NCBI GenBank assembly: GCA_963796455.1
Contig: CAWCLO010000004.1
Span: 1,216,001-1,280,000 of the forward strand
Direction: 5' to 3'
DNA from: Candidatus Sulfomarinibacteraceae bacterium
Lineage (GTDB): Bacteria > Acidobacteriota > Thermoanaerobaculia > Thermoanaerobaculales > Sulfomarinibacteraceae
DNA: 64,000 bases
The notes below the pieces were generated by a model. That model ran no database searches, had not been told where the DNA came from, and worked only from the letters and a program-made list of their open reading frames with translations. This document shows, in pieces, positions 51,558-61,318 of this stretch. The stretch's first letter is position 1. Each line of letters starts with the position of its first letter. The position numbers were made by a program, and so were the translations under genes.

Positions 51558-52721
51558 ATGCGAGACGTTGCTGTAGTCGGAGTTGGAATGACCGAGTTCG
51601 GCGAGCTGTGGGGCAAGAGCCTGCGGACCATCTGGGCCGAGGCCGCATTTGCCGCCATCGCCGACGCCGGAGTCGATTCGATCGATCTCATCACCATCGG
51701 GTGCATGTCGCCCGGGCTCTTCGTGGGCCAGGAGCACCTCGCTTCCCTGCTCGCGGACGAACTCGGAATGGCCGGCACCGCCGCCTCGCGCGTCGAGTCG
51801 GCGTGCGCTTCCGGTGGGCTCGCGCTGAGGACCGGTTTCGCCGAGGTCGCCTCGGGTCTGTCGGACACGGTCCTGGTGACCGGAGTCGAAAAGATGACCG
51901 ATGTGGATGGCGCCGACGCCACCTATGCACTCGGCACCGCCGCCGATCAGGAATGGGAGGGCTTCCACGGAATCACCTTCCCGGGTCTCTATGCCATGTT
52001 GGCCCGCGCCCACATGCAGCGCTTTGGAACCACGGTCGAGCAGATGGCGGCCGTTGCAGTGAAAAACCATAACAACGGATTGCTCAACCCGCACGCCCAG
52101 TACCACCTCAAGATCACGGTGGAAGACGTGCTGCAATCGACCATGGTGGCCGATCCGTTGCACCTCTTCGACTGCTCGCCGGTCACCGATGGTGCCGCGG
52201 CGCTGGTTCTGACGACCGTCGAAAAGGCCAAGAAGCTCTCCGGCGACCGTCCGGTAGTGACCATCACCGGCTCGGGGCTCGCCACCGACACCATTACCCT
52301 CGCCAATCGAGAAGATCTGAGCGAGCTCGCCGCGGTCCGCAAGGCGGCCGATCGGGCCTATCAGATGGCCGGCAAGAAACCCGGCGACCTCGATGTGGTC
52401 GAGGTCCACGACTGCTTCACGATTGCCGAGATCATGGCCACCGAAGCCATCGGGCTCTTCGAGCCCGGCAAGGGCGCCGCGGCGGTCGAGGAAGGCCTCA
52501 CCGCCATCGGCGGCAAGATCCCGGTCAACACCTCCGGCGGTCTCAAATCCAAGGGACATCCGGTCGGAGCAACCGGCGTCGCCCAGGTGGCGGAGATCAC
52601 GGATCAGCTTCGCGGCGAAGCCGGCGACCGCCAGGTCGCGGGGGCCAAAACGGGTCTCGCCCAGAACATGGGTGGATCGGGCGGCAGTTCGATCGTCCAC
52701 ATCCTGGAGGTGCAATCATGA
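51558..52721 (+). CDS. Acetoacetyl-CoA thiolase, archaeal/SCP2 type
   Basis: [26 protein letters not shown]. Confidence 0.9.
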   Translation: MRDVAVVGVGMTEFGELWGKSLRTIWAEAAFAAIADAGVDSIDLITIGCMSPGLFVGQEHLASLLADELGMAGTAASRVESACASGGLALRTGFAEVASGLSDTVLVTGVEKMTDVDGADATYALGTAADQEWEGFHGITFPGLYAMLARAHMQRFGTTVEQMAAVAVKNHNNGLLNPHAQYHLKITVEDVLQSTMVADPLHLFDCSPVTDGAAALVLTTVEKAKKLSGDRPVVTITGSGLATDTITLANREDLSELAAVRKAADRAYQMAGKKPGDLDVVEVHDCFTIAEIMATEAIGLFEPGKGAAAVEEGLTAIGGKIPVNTSGGLKSKGHPVGATGVAQVAEITDQLRGEAGDRQVAGAKTGLAQNMGGSGGSSIVHILEVQS

Positions 52722-53116
52722 TTTCCCCGGGTCGTTCCTGGCGTGAGTTTCCGCAGCGCTACCGTCTCGAGGCCGCCAAGTGCACAATCTGTGGCAAGGT
52801 TCACTATCCGCCGCGAGTGAGGTGTTCCAAGTGCGGCGCCTCCACCTTCGAGGACATCGTGCTTCCCCGTGAAGGCAAGATCGTCACCTTCACGATCGTG
52901 CGCGTGCCGCCGGCCGGTTTCACCGAGCAAACCCCGTTGCCGATAGCACTCGTGGAGTTGATGGATGGAGTTCGGGTCATGGTCCAGGTCGGCGACGTCG
53001 CCGATCCAAACGATCTCGAAATCGGCATGCCGGTTCGTCTCGAGTTCCGCCGAATTTCGTGGGATGGCGAGGCCGGGTTGATCTTCTACGGCCACAAGGC
53101 AGTGTGCGCCTTATAA
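52718..53116 (+). CDS. DUF35 Zn-ribbon/OB-fold protein
   Basis: [30 protein letters not shown]. Confidence 0.92.
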   Translation: MISPGRSWREFPQRYRLEAAKCTICGKVHYPPRVRCSKCGASTFEDIVLPREGKIVTFTIVRVPPAGFTEQTPLPIALVELMDGVRVMVQVGDVADPNDLEIGMPVRLEFRRISWDGEAGLIFYGHKAVCAL

Positions 53117-53168
53117 TTCGGAATCATTATTGATTGACTGGGCCCCGGGCTTCGGAGACAATGGAACC

Positions 53169-53540
53169 ATGAGCCAGGATGATTTTTCGAGCAATCTCTG
53201 TTCCATCAATGAGATCGATCCCGAGCGCGTTGCCTTGGTCCAGAAACAGGCGCTCCCCGACAGAACGATCGAACGGCTCAGCCGGCTGTTTTCGGCATTG
53301 TCCGATCCCACACGTATCAAGATCCTTCACGCCCTCAAGGTGACGGACGAATTGTGTGTCTGCGATCTTGCAGCTCTTGCGGAGCTGTCGGTATCGGCGG
53401 TCAGTCATCAACTGCGTCTTCTGCGGGATCGCGATCTCGTCCAAGCCCGGCGCGACGGTCGGATGGTTTTCTACAGTCTGGCGGATGATCACATCAAGGT
53501 CCTGATGGGAACCGGTGTGGAGCACGCCGACGAAGACTGA
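53169..53540 (+). CDS. ArsR/SmtB family transcriptional regulator
   Basis: ALSDPTRIKIL, ELCVCDLA, SAVSHQLRLL, DDH...EH metal site. Confidence 0.92.
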   Translation: MSQDDFSSNLCSINEIDPERVALVQKQALPDRTIERLSRLFSALSDPTRIKILHALKVTDELCVCDLAALAELSVSAVSHQLRLLRDRDLVQARRDGRMVFYSLADDHIKVLMGTGVEHADED

Positions 53541-53930
53541 AATCGGAGTTCGGAGTTCGGAGTTTGGAATTCGGAATTCCGCCCACCCTGAAGCACCGCC
53601 ATCCGGAGTGACCAATGATTCTTTGGAGGCGGGTCCTTCAGGGCCCGCCACCAATCGCGACAGGTCCCTTCAACCGCATCGGGCGTTGACACCATCCGTT
53701 GGCGCAACCTAAAGGATGCGCCTACATTTTGCTTTGCAGACCCCAATTGTCATCCTGAGTGAGGCCGTCGGACGGCCTAAGACTCGTGACAAAGAGAGCT
53801 CTCCCCTGCCCCTCTGCGTCAGTCGCTATCGCTATCGGGATCGCTATCACTATCGAATGGTTGGCCGGTCTCCCTTTCTCCCCTTTCTCCCTTTCTCCCT
53901 TTCTCCCTTTCTCCCTTTCCCTCTGCCATA
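53541..53930. repeat. Composite repeat: (GGAGTTC/GGAATTC)n, REP half-site TGTCATCCTGAG, (TCGCTA)n, (CCCTTTCT)n
   Basis: Read directly; shares GGAATTC...GCCCACCC and GTCATCCTGAGTGAGG with the 43 kb site. Confidence 0.85.
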
Positions 53931-53983
53931 GTCGGACGCGGGTGAGGGTGTGAAAAGCCGGCACCGATACAATGAAATGACCG

Positions 53984-55675
53984 ATGAAGCTCCACTTCAA
54001 GTCCGCAAGCGGTTCGCCTACCGGTCCTGGAAAGGCCGCCGGCAAAGGTTGCGGCACATTATTCTTCGGTCTATTCTTCGCGATGGGGATGCTCTTTGTC
54101 GTGTTTCTGCTCGGCGAGGCATTCAGAACGGCAGCACCCTGGTTCTGGGAAGCAACAGACTGCACCATCATCTCCTCGGGGGTTTCAGAAACCGGTGACG
54201 ACGAACACCCATATCTACCCCGCGCCCATTTCAGCTACGAGTTTGATGGCACCATCCGCGAAAGTAGAGCCTTCTACCGAAATTACAAGGGCACATCCAG
54301 CTACGATCGCGCACGCGATTGGGCCGCTCCCTACCCAGAAGGCAGCCACGCGACCTGCTACGTGAGCCCCGATCAACCGGCGCTGGCAGTTCTCGAGCGC
54401 CGGCAGCCGTGGATCGTTCTCCTCGTCCTGTTCCCGATGATCTTCGTTGCGATTGGCGCAGGCGGTCTGTGGGCTGTTTGGAAAGCTACCCCTGATGCCG
54501 AGGACGATGAAACCCAATCCATCTCGCAGAAGGCCGCCGGCGGTCGCGGACAGAAGGTGATGTTGGTGGTCGGTCTGATCTTCACGGTCGTCGGAGGCGC
54601 GATCTTCGTGCCGCTCTTTGCTCTTCCAATCACCCGTCTTGCCATATCCCTGTCCTGGAACGAAACACCCTGCACCATCGTATATTCGGGGATTCGATCC
54701 TGGGAGACCGACGACGGTTCCTCCCACCGTGCGGACGTGCACTACGATTACGAAAGCGGCGGTCGAATGTGGCGCTCCAACACGGTCGATTTCTTTTCGA
54801 TCGTCACCACCGGCCGCAAAGACGCTCGGGCTGTGCGTGACCGCCATCCTCGGGGCGAGTCCCGCACCTGCTACGTCAGTTCCCGCGACCCTTCGAAGTC
54901 GGTCCTCGAGCGCCAATTCCGACTGAAACACCTCCTCGGCGGAATCCCGGTCATCTTTCTGATCGCCGGTCTGGCGCTGACCAAACACGGTTTGAAGAAA
55001 CTGCGCAGAGGAAGCGACGCCAAGCAGGCGATCGAAGAAGAGGAAGAGAAGTCCCGCGATCCGATCATCCTCGAACCAACGATGGGCCCCATGGGCAAGG
55101 TCTTCGGCACCCTCTTTTTCGCTCTTTTCTGGAACGGCATCGTTTCGATCTTCCTGTGGCAGGTCGTCAAGTCCTGGCGGCGCGGCGATCCGGAGTGGTT
55201 CCACACCTTCTTCCTCATCCCCTTCGTGCTGGTAGGCATCGCCTCCATAATCTTCGTTTTTTATTTCCTGCTCGCGACCGCCAATCCCCGGCCCAGGATC
55301 AGCCTCGCATCTGGACAACCTCGTCTCGGAGACACCGTCCAGATCGAGTGGTTCTTCAGCGGCCGCGCCTCTCGAATCGGCCACCTCGAAATAACTCTCG
55401 AGGGTCGTGAGGAAGCCACCTATCAAAGGGGCACCAACACCTACACCGAAAAAGAGGTTTTCGCCACCCATACGCTCGTCGATACCCGGAATGACTGGGA
55501 GATTCCACAGGGCAGCGCGTTGGTGCTGCTGCCTGACGACACTATGCACAGCCTCGCCGCCGACAACAACAAAATCATCTGGGAGATCAAGGTCAGCGGC
55601 GACATCAGACGATGGCCGGATATCGACGAAGCCCTCCCGATCACCGTCAAACCGCTCCCCATCGAGGTTCTGTGA
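53984..55675 (+). CDS. Membrane protein with two DUF3592-like repeats and a C-terminal beta-sandwich domain
   Basis: Two TM-W...C.I..S...Y.Y...YP.G....CYV....P..[AS]VLER units; FALFWNG...IPFVLVG TM pair. Confidence 0.8.
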   Translation: MKLHFKSASGSPTGPGKAAGKGCGTLFFGLFFAMGMLFVVFLLGEAFRTAAPWFWEATDCTIISSGVSETGDDEHPYLPRAHFSYEFDGTIRESRAFYRNYKGTSSYDRARDWAAPYPEGSHATCYVSPDQPALAVLERRQPWIVLLVLFPMIFVAIGAGGLWAVWKATPDAEDDETQSISQKAAGGRGQKVMLVVGLIFTVVGGAIFVPLFALPITRLAISLSWNETPCTIVYSGIRSWETDDGSSHRADVHYDYESGGRMWRSNTVDFFSIVTTGRKDARAVRDRHPRGESRTCYVSSRDPSKSVLERQFRLKHLLGGIPVIFLIAGLALTKHGLKKLRRGSDAKQAIEEEEEKSRDPIILEPTMGPMGKVFGTLFFALFWNGIVSIFLWQVVKSWRRGDPEWFHTFFLIPFVLVGIASIIFVFYFLLATANPRPRISLASGQPRLGDTVQIEWFFSGRASRIGHLEITLEGREEATYQRGTNTYTEKEVFATHTLVDTRNDWEIPQGSALVLLPDDTMHSLAADNNKIIWEIKVSGDIRRWPDIDEALPITVKPLPIEVL

Positions 55676-56040
55676 TGAAACTCGTCATCACGACCTCCGA
55701 GGGTGGAAGCTGGTACAAACCGGGAGAGACCATCAAAGTCAACACCGAGTGGTATCTCGACGACGAGGACGACGCGATCGAAGTTCGCCTCTTCTGGCAT
55801 ACCTCGGGCACCGGCACACAGGACGTGGGAATCATGCAGACCCGACGGATCGACCGACCCGAGCGCAATGGCAATCGATCATTCCAACTCAGGGTTCCGC
55901 GCGGCCCCTACTCCTTTTCCGGCAAGCTCATCACCCTTTCGTGGGCGATCGAGGTCGTGGTCCTGCCAGGTGGCGAAACCGAGCGCTGCGATCTCATCAT
56001 CGGTCCACAACCGGTTGAGGTCGATCTCACACAATCATGA
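55675..56040 (+). CDS. Hypothetical beta-sandwich protein (arrestin-N/SpoOM-like pattern)
   Basis: YKPGETI..., VRLFWHTSG.G, PYSFSGKLITLSW; TGATG coupling. Confidence 0.75.
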   Translation: MKLVITTSEGGSWYKPGETIKVNTEWYLDDEDDAIEVRLFWHTSGTGTQDVGIMQTRRIDRPERNGNRSFQLRVPRGPYSFSGKLITLSWAIEVVVLPGGETERCDLIIGPQPVEVDLTQS

Positions 56041-56621
56041 AAACCAGGCGGCCCGCCGATAATCCATTTGCCAGCCACCGGGTCGAGGCCCTCCCCTATC
56101 GCAACGCGGACGCCTCGGTATCCGGGCTTGTGGACCGGATCAGGGAGATGGGCGGTCGAGCAGCCATCGTCGGGCCTGAAGGCAGCGGCAAAACCACCCT
56201 GCTTGAAGAGCTCGCCTCGTGCTGCGAAGACCGTGCCGTCATGATTCGTCTGCCCGGGAGTTGTGCCCACCCGTGGCGCACTGCGCGGCAGCAGGTCCCC
56301 GATCACCTGGATTCGAATCGGTCGGTATTCGTCGACGGTTCCGAACAGCTCAGAGTGATCGGTTGGCTGAGACTTCGAGTGGCGACACGCAGGGCCGGCT
56401 CGTTGGTGGTCACCCTCCACCGGCCCGGCCGCCTCCCGACACTGATCGAGTGCCGCACCGATCCGGATCTCTTGCGCAAGCTCGTCGCCGAGCTGGCACC
56501 GGAAGATGCCGCCGAACTCGACCCGATGCTCGATGCACTCTTCCATCGCCACGCGGGAGATATCAGGCTGTGCCTGCGGGAGTTGTATGACGTGTATGCA
56601 GGACGCAAGGAAAAGGTTTGA
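56037..56621 (+). CDS. Small P-loop (AAA+-like) ATPase
   Basis: NPF, GPEGSGKTT, VFVDGSE, GDIRLCLRELYD; ATGA coupling. Confidence 0.8.
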   Translation: MKTRRPADNPFASHRVEALPYRNADASVSGLVDRIREMGGRAAIVGPEGSGKTTLLEELASCCEDRAVMIRLPGSCAHPWRTARQQVPDHLDSNRSVFVDGSEQLRVIGWLRLRVATRRAGSLVVTLHRPGRLPTLIECRTDPDLLRKLVAELAPEDAAELDPMLDALFHRHAGDIRLCLRELYDVYAGRKEKV

Positions 56622-56713
56622 GGTTTGAGTTTTGAGGTTTGAGTTTCATCGCAGTGTTTTCGAGACGATCGAGGCCTCGCAACCGCCAACTCAAAACTCA
56701 GAACTCAAAACTC
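56614..56713. repeat. Inverted heptamer arms (G/T)TTTGAG ... AACTCA(A/G) between convergent genes
   Basis: AGGTTTGAGGTTTGAGTTTTGAGGTTTGAGTT ... AACTCAAAACTCAGAACTCAAAACTC. Confidence 0.85.
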
Positions 56714-56718
56714 TTTCT

Positions 56719-57144
56719 CTACTCCTTCTCCACAGGTCGATCGGCGCTCATCTGAATCCCTTTGGCGCCGGCCTTTCGAGCCAGATCGAGCACACGCACC
56801 ACAACGCCGTAATCGGCTCCCTGGTCACCCTTGAGGATGATGCCGTCATCGGGAGCGCGCTCGACGAGCTGTTTGATTCGAGCCTCGAGCTCCGAATCGG
56901 GCACGAGCCGGTCGTCGATCCAAACCGTCCCGTCGGTTGCCACCTTGACCTCGGGTGGTTTTTCTTCCTTGTTGATGCCGACCGACTCTGCGGTCTCCGC
57001 CTCGGGCAGTTTGAGCTTGAGTCGTTCGTCGCTGACGAACTGGGTGGTCACCGCGTAGAAGATCAGCAGCAGGAAGATGACGTCGATCAGCGGCGACATC
57101 TGAACTTCCGGTTTGCGTCCGGTGCGAAGGGGCGCCAGTCGCAT
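56719..57144 (-). CDS. exbD: ExbD/TolR biopolymer transport protein
   Basis: MSPLIDVIFLLLIF, LKGD, YGVVVRVLD. Confidence 0.92.
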   Translation of the reverse strand: MRLAPLRTGRKPEVQMSPLIDVIFLLLIFYAVTTQFVSDERLKLKLPEAETAESVGINKEEKPPEVKVATDGTVWIDDRLVPDSELEARIKQLVERAPDDGIILKGDQGADYGVVVRVLDLARKAGAKGIQMSADRPVEKE

Positions 57145-57776
57145 CAGGATTCCTCTTTCTCATCCTCGACACGTTCGTGCTCACGGACCAGGTGGAGAAA
57201 ATCGAGAATCTGGGCCTCGATTTCCGCCAGGATGGTGATCGCACGCGACTCGAGATAGGAGTGGGTGAAGAGTGCCGGGATGGCGATCACCAGACCGGTC
57301 GCCGTTGTGATCAGAGCCTGCGAGATACCCGACGACAAAGCTTCGGTGATTCCCGAACCGGCGGTCGCGACAACCGAAAAGATCTTGATCATACCGATGA
57401 CCGTGCCCAGGAGGCCGAGCAGCGGTGCGCCGGCAACGATCGTTGCAAGGGCCGGCAATCCACGCTGCAACCCCATCAATTGCAGGCGACCCGTGTCCTC
57501 GAGAATCTCCTTGAGTTCCTCATAGGGTGCGTGGCGGTTTTCGACCAGAGCCGTCACCAGATCGGCGAAAGGCCCCGGGTGGCGCCGGCAGTAATCGGTC
57601 GCGGCGCGGAACTTGTTGCTCGCGAGCAGCCCTGAAAGCGTCTCCACGGTCGTATTTTGCAGGTAATTCGAGCGCCGCAGAATGAACATCCGCTCGAGGA
57701 TGATGGCGAGGGCGACCAGCGAAAGGATCCCGAGAGGGATCATCACCGGACCGCCGTTGATTAGAATATCGACCAC
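57144..57776 (-). CDS. exbB: MotA/TolQ/ExbB proton channel
   Basis: APLLGLLGTVIGMI, GISQALITTATGL. Confidence 0.92.
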   Translation of the reverse strand: MVDILINGGPVMIPLGILSLVALAIILERMFILRRSNYLQNTTVETLSGLLASNKFRAATDYCRRHPGPFADLVTALVENRHAPYEELKEILEDTGRLQLMGLQRGLPALATIVAGAPLLGLLGTVIGMIKIFSVVATAGSGITEALSSGISQALITTATGLVIAIPALFTHSYLESRAITILAEIEAQILDFLHLVREHERVEDEKEES

Positions 57777-57797
57777 ACAGAACTCCTATTCTCAGGA

Positions 57798-58733
57798 TCA
57801 CCGGCCGCGGGAAGGGCGGCCGGTATTGTAAAGGAAGGTGATGGTAACACCTTCACCATCCACCGCTCCGAGATCTGCCGGCAGCGGTTCAAAGGGCGAA
57901 GAATCGTGAATTGCATCGCGCGCCGCGAAGTCCATCGGCGGTTTGCCCGATTCATCCATAATGCGCAAACCGGTCACCGTCCCATCCGGCTGGATGAAGA
58001 ATCTGATTTTGACCACGCCCTGGACACCGAGCAGTGCGATCTCCGGGATTCTCCAGTGGCGCCGGATCTTGGCCAACATGGCTTTGGCGTAGGGGCCCCA
58101 GTCGTACCACTGGGTATCGAATGAGAGCCCGCCTGTATCGACCGAGCCGCCGTCGTCGCGGTCCGGGGTCTCGGGGATCCCGCCGGTGTCAGGCGGCAGC
58201 GCCCACGCCCCGGGCGGTGGAAGCTGAATCGCCGGCTGCTGCGGCTGCGCCTCTGCGGCTTCCTCGCCGGCACCCTCATCTTCAGGTCGTTGTTCGTCGG
58301 GACGCTCGGCCGGTTCATCTTCCGGCTGAGGTTGCGGCGGTGGGACCTGCGGCACCGGGCGGCCCTGCATCTGCGGCGGCGCACCCGAGCCGAGAAATTG
58401 GTTGCCGTCAGCCTGTACGAGCTGTGGCGTGGATCCGCGAACGGTCGGCGCAGCGGCGGCCTCGCCTTCGCCACCGTGGGCCTGCCGGTCCATATCCGAA
58501 AGTGGAACCTGATCCGACACCGGTGGCTCCTCGCGGTCGTCCGGGAGATCCACGAATTCGAATTCGAGCGGTTGTTGGGCATCCGCCGACGTCTCTGGCA
58601 CCAACTCCACCGCCGCCGCATCTTTGGTCGGCACGAGTTGGACGAGACGATCCGCGACGATAAAGATCAGCAGCAGATGGAGCAGCAGCGAGATCTCCAG
58701 CGCGCGGCGGAATAAGCTCTTGTTCTTTCGCAC
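57798..58733 (-). CDS. TonB/TolA-family energy transducer
   Basis: SLLLH TM, Pro/Gln-rich linker, C-terminal IRRHW...FFIQPDG...SG...D.AA..AI...PF.PLP. Confidence 0.88.
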   Translation of the reverse strand: MRKNKSLFRRALEISLLLHLLLIFIVADRLVQLVPTKDAAAVELVPETSADAQQPLEFEFVDLPDDREEPPVSDQVPLSDMDRQAHGGEGEAAAAPTVRGSTPQLVQADGNQFLGSGAPPQMQGRPVPQVPPPQPQPEDEPAERPDEQRPEDEGAGEEAAEAQPQQPAIQLPPPGAWALPPDTGGIPETPDRDDGGSVDTGGLSFDTQWYDWGPYAKAMLAKIRRHWRIPEIALLGVQGVVKIRFFIQPDGTVTGLRIMDESGKPPMDFAARDAIHDSSPFEPLPADLGAVDGEGVTITFLYNTGRPSRGR

Positions 58734-59040
58734 GGTCCTAACCTAGCAATTTCCTTGCCATTGTTGTTTGCCTTGAGATGCCACGCCCATGGACCTCATC
58801 GAAGCAGTGAACAGCGTCCTGGCCTGCGTCAAATCCATATTTTCTCGAAAGCCCTCACCAGGTGTCCCGGTGCCGCTTTGGCAGATAGTAGCCACCCTGA
58901 CTCAATAACGCCATGCCTATTCCTAAAGATTCCTTGAGCGACGGTCTCTATCGTCATACGGGGAAATTGTATTGCGGATGCATCTGTTACCGAATGGACG
59001 GCAACCTCATACACCAAACAACGACTATTCGGAGGACCCA

Positions 59041-59640
59041 ATGAAGAAAATACTGATCATCGCTGCGCTCGTCATCGCAGTCGGTTTCGGTACCGCCGCC
59101 GCCGCAGGAACCTACGCCATCGACAGCACCCATTCGACCGTCGGATTCAAGGTCCGGCATCTGGTATCGAAGGTCAGCGGTGAGTTCACAGAATTCGACG
59201 CCACCATCACCGCCGACTTCGACAACCTCGATGCGAGCAATGTGGAGTTCGTGATCCAGACCGCCAGCATCGACACCGCCAACGAAAAACGCGACGGCCA
59301 TCTGCGTTCACCCGATTTCTTCGATGCCGAGAACCACCCCCAGATCACCTTCAAGAGCAAGAGGATCACAAAAGTCGACAAGGACACCTTTTCGGTCGTC
59401 GGTGATCTGACCATGCGCGGCGTCAGCAAGGAGATCACCCTCAGGGTCGACTATCTCGGTGAGATGGAGGCCTTCGGCGAAACCCGTGCGGGCTACGAAC
59501 TGTCCACCACCATCAATCGGAAGGATTTCGGCGTGTCATGGAACAGAGCCCTCGATGCCGGCGGATTCGTTCTCGGCGAAGATGTCGATGTTTCAATCAC
59601 CCTCGCCGCCGTCAAGGACAAGGACGAAGAATCAGAGTAG
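59041..59640 (+). CDS. YceI family protein
   Basis: Signal peptide; IDSTHS, RDGHLRSPDFFD, GDLTMRGV, INRKDFG. Confidence 0.93.
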   Translation: MKKILIIAALVIAVGFGTAAAAGTYAIDSTHSTVGFKVRHLVSKVSGEFTEFDATITADFDNLDASNVEFVIQTASIDTANEKRDGHLRSPDFFDAENHPQITFKSKRITKVDKDTFSVVGDLTMRGVSKEITLRVDYLGEMEAFGETRAGYELSTTINRKDFGVSWNRALDAGGFVLGEDVDVSITLAAVKDKDEESE

Positions 59641-59834
59641 TTCGGATTTCGGATTTCGGATTTCGGATTTCGGATTTCGGAGTTCGGAGTTCGGAGTTCG
59701 GAGTTCGGAGTTCGGCCAGGATACTCGCCCAGGAGAAACCGCAGATCACGCAGATGAACGCTGATATCGGATCGGTCTTTTGAGTCATCCTCTTTTTCAT
59801 TTCTATCTGCGTCGATCTGCGCTATCTGCGGTTT
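59641..59834. repeat. (GGATTTC)5(GGAGTTC)5 array plus CGCAGAT inverted-repeat element (59732-59834)
   Basis: Read directly; reverse-complement homolog of 29886-30124. Confidence 0.9.
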
Positions 59835-59907
59835 GTGATGTGCGCGGATGGCAATTCGGTTCGCGGCAAGAAGAAGGCTGCACGAGCACTGGTATACGAT
59901 AGCGGCC

Positions 59908-61260
59908 ATGAGCAATTTTGATTTTGATTTCTTCGTCATCGGTGCGGGTTCCGGTGGGGTTCGTGCGGCCAGGATGGCGTCTGGTTTTGGCGCCAGAGTC
60001 GCGGTTGCCGAGTCTTCACGGCTCGGCGGCACCTGCGTCAACCTCGGTTGCGTTCCAAAAAAGCTGATGGTCTACGCCTCGGGGTACAGCGCCGATTTCA
60101 CCGACTCCGCCGGCTTTGGCTGGACTGTGCCGGCACCGAGTTTTGACTGGCAAACCCTGGTTGAGAACCGCGACCGGGAGATCAGCCGCCTCAATGGGAT
60201 CTATCAAGGCATCCTCGAAGGCGCCGGGGTTCAGATCATCGAAGGCAGGGCGAGGCTCCTCGATCGCCACACCGTCGAGATCAACGACTCTACCGTGACC
60301 GCCGACAAGATCCTGATCGCCACCGGAGGCCGGCCCTTCAAGGCGCCGATCGAGGGCAGCGAATTCGGCGTGACATCCGATGAGATCTTTCATCTCGACG
60401 AACTGCCGAAAAAGCTCATCATCACCGGCGGTGGATATATCGCGGTGGAGTTCGCATGCATCTTCAACGGTTTGGGGAGCGAGGTCACGCTGAACTATCG
60501 TGGTCCGCTTTTTCTCCGTGGATTTGACGACGATGTCCGGACCACCCTCGCGGAGGAAATGCGGCAGAACGGTATCGATCTTCGCTTCGAGACCCTGATC
60601 GATCGTATCGATCGCAAGGGCGACCGGTTGCAGGCCACCTTGAGCACCGGCGGCACTCTCGAGGCCGATCAGCTGTTGTGTGCGCTGGGGCGCCGGCCAA
60701 ACACCGAGAATCTCGGGCTCGAAGAGATCGGCGTCGATCTCGCAGTCAATGGGGCCGTCCTGGTCGACGAGAACTTCCAGTCCACGGTCCCCGGCATCTA
60801 CGCAATCGGCGACTGTATCGATCGCATTGCGCTCACACCGGTCGCCCTGGCCGAAGGCATGGCTCTGGTACAGACCCTCTTCAACAACAACCCGACCACG
60901 GTCAACTACACCAACGTCCCGTCGGCGGTTTTCAGCCAACCGCCCATCGGCACCGTCGGTCTGTCCGAGAACGAGGCGCGCGAGGCCGGCATTGATGTGG
61001 AGATCTATCGTTCCTCGTTCCGACCGATGCGCAACACGATGTCGGGGCGCGAAGGCAAGGTGATGATGAAGTTGGTGGTGGATCGAAAATCAGACCGCGT
61101 CGTCGGTGTGCACATGGTGGGCGCCGATGCGGGCGAGATCGTCCAGGGGATGGCGGTGGCCCTGAAGGCCGGCGCCACCAAGGCAACCTTCGACTCGACG
61201 ATCGGCATTCATCCGACAGCCGCCGAAGAGTTCGTCACGATGCGCACGCCCGTCGATTGA
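59908..61260 (+). CDS. gor: Glutathione-disulfide reductase
   Basis: GAGSGG, GGTCVNLGCVPKK, GGGYIAVE, LTPVA, HPTAAEEF. Confidence 0.92.
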   Translation: MSNFDFDFFVIGAGSGGVRAARMASGFGARVAVAESSRLGGTCVNLGCVPKKLMVYASGYSADFTDSAGFGWTVPAPSFDWQTLVENRDREISRLNGIYQGILEGAGVQIIEGRARLLDRHTVEINDSTVTADKILIATGGRPFKAPIEGSEFGVTSDEIFHLDELPKKLIITGGGYIAVEFACIFNGLGSEVTLNYRGPLFLRGFDDDVRTTLAEEMRQNGIDLRFETLIDRIDRKGDRLQATLSTGGTLEADQLLCALGRRPNTENLGLEEIGVDLAVNGAVLVDENFQSTVPGIYAIGDCIDRIALTPVALAEGMALVQTLFNNNPTTVNYTNVPSAVFSQPPIGTVGLSENEAREAGIDVEIYRSSFRPMRNTMSGREGKVMMKLVVDRKSDRVVGVHMVGADAGEIVQGMAVALKAGATKATFDSTIGIHPTAAEEFVTMRTPVD

Positions 61261-61318
61261 ATGGGGATCGCAGTCGAACGTTCCAGAATCAATGGGCCGA
61301 ACGTTGCGATGGAAATTC

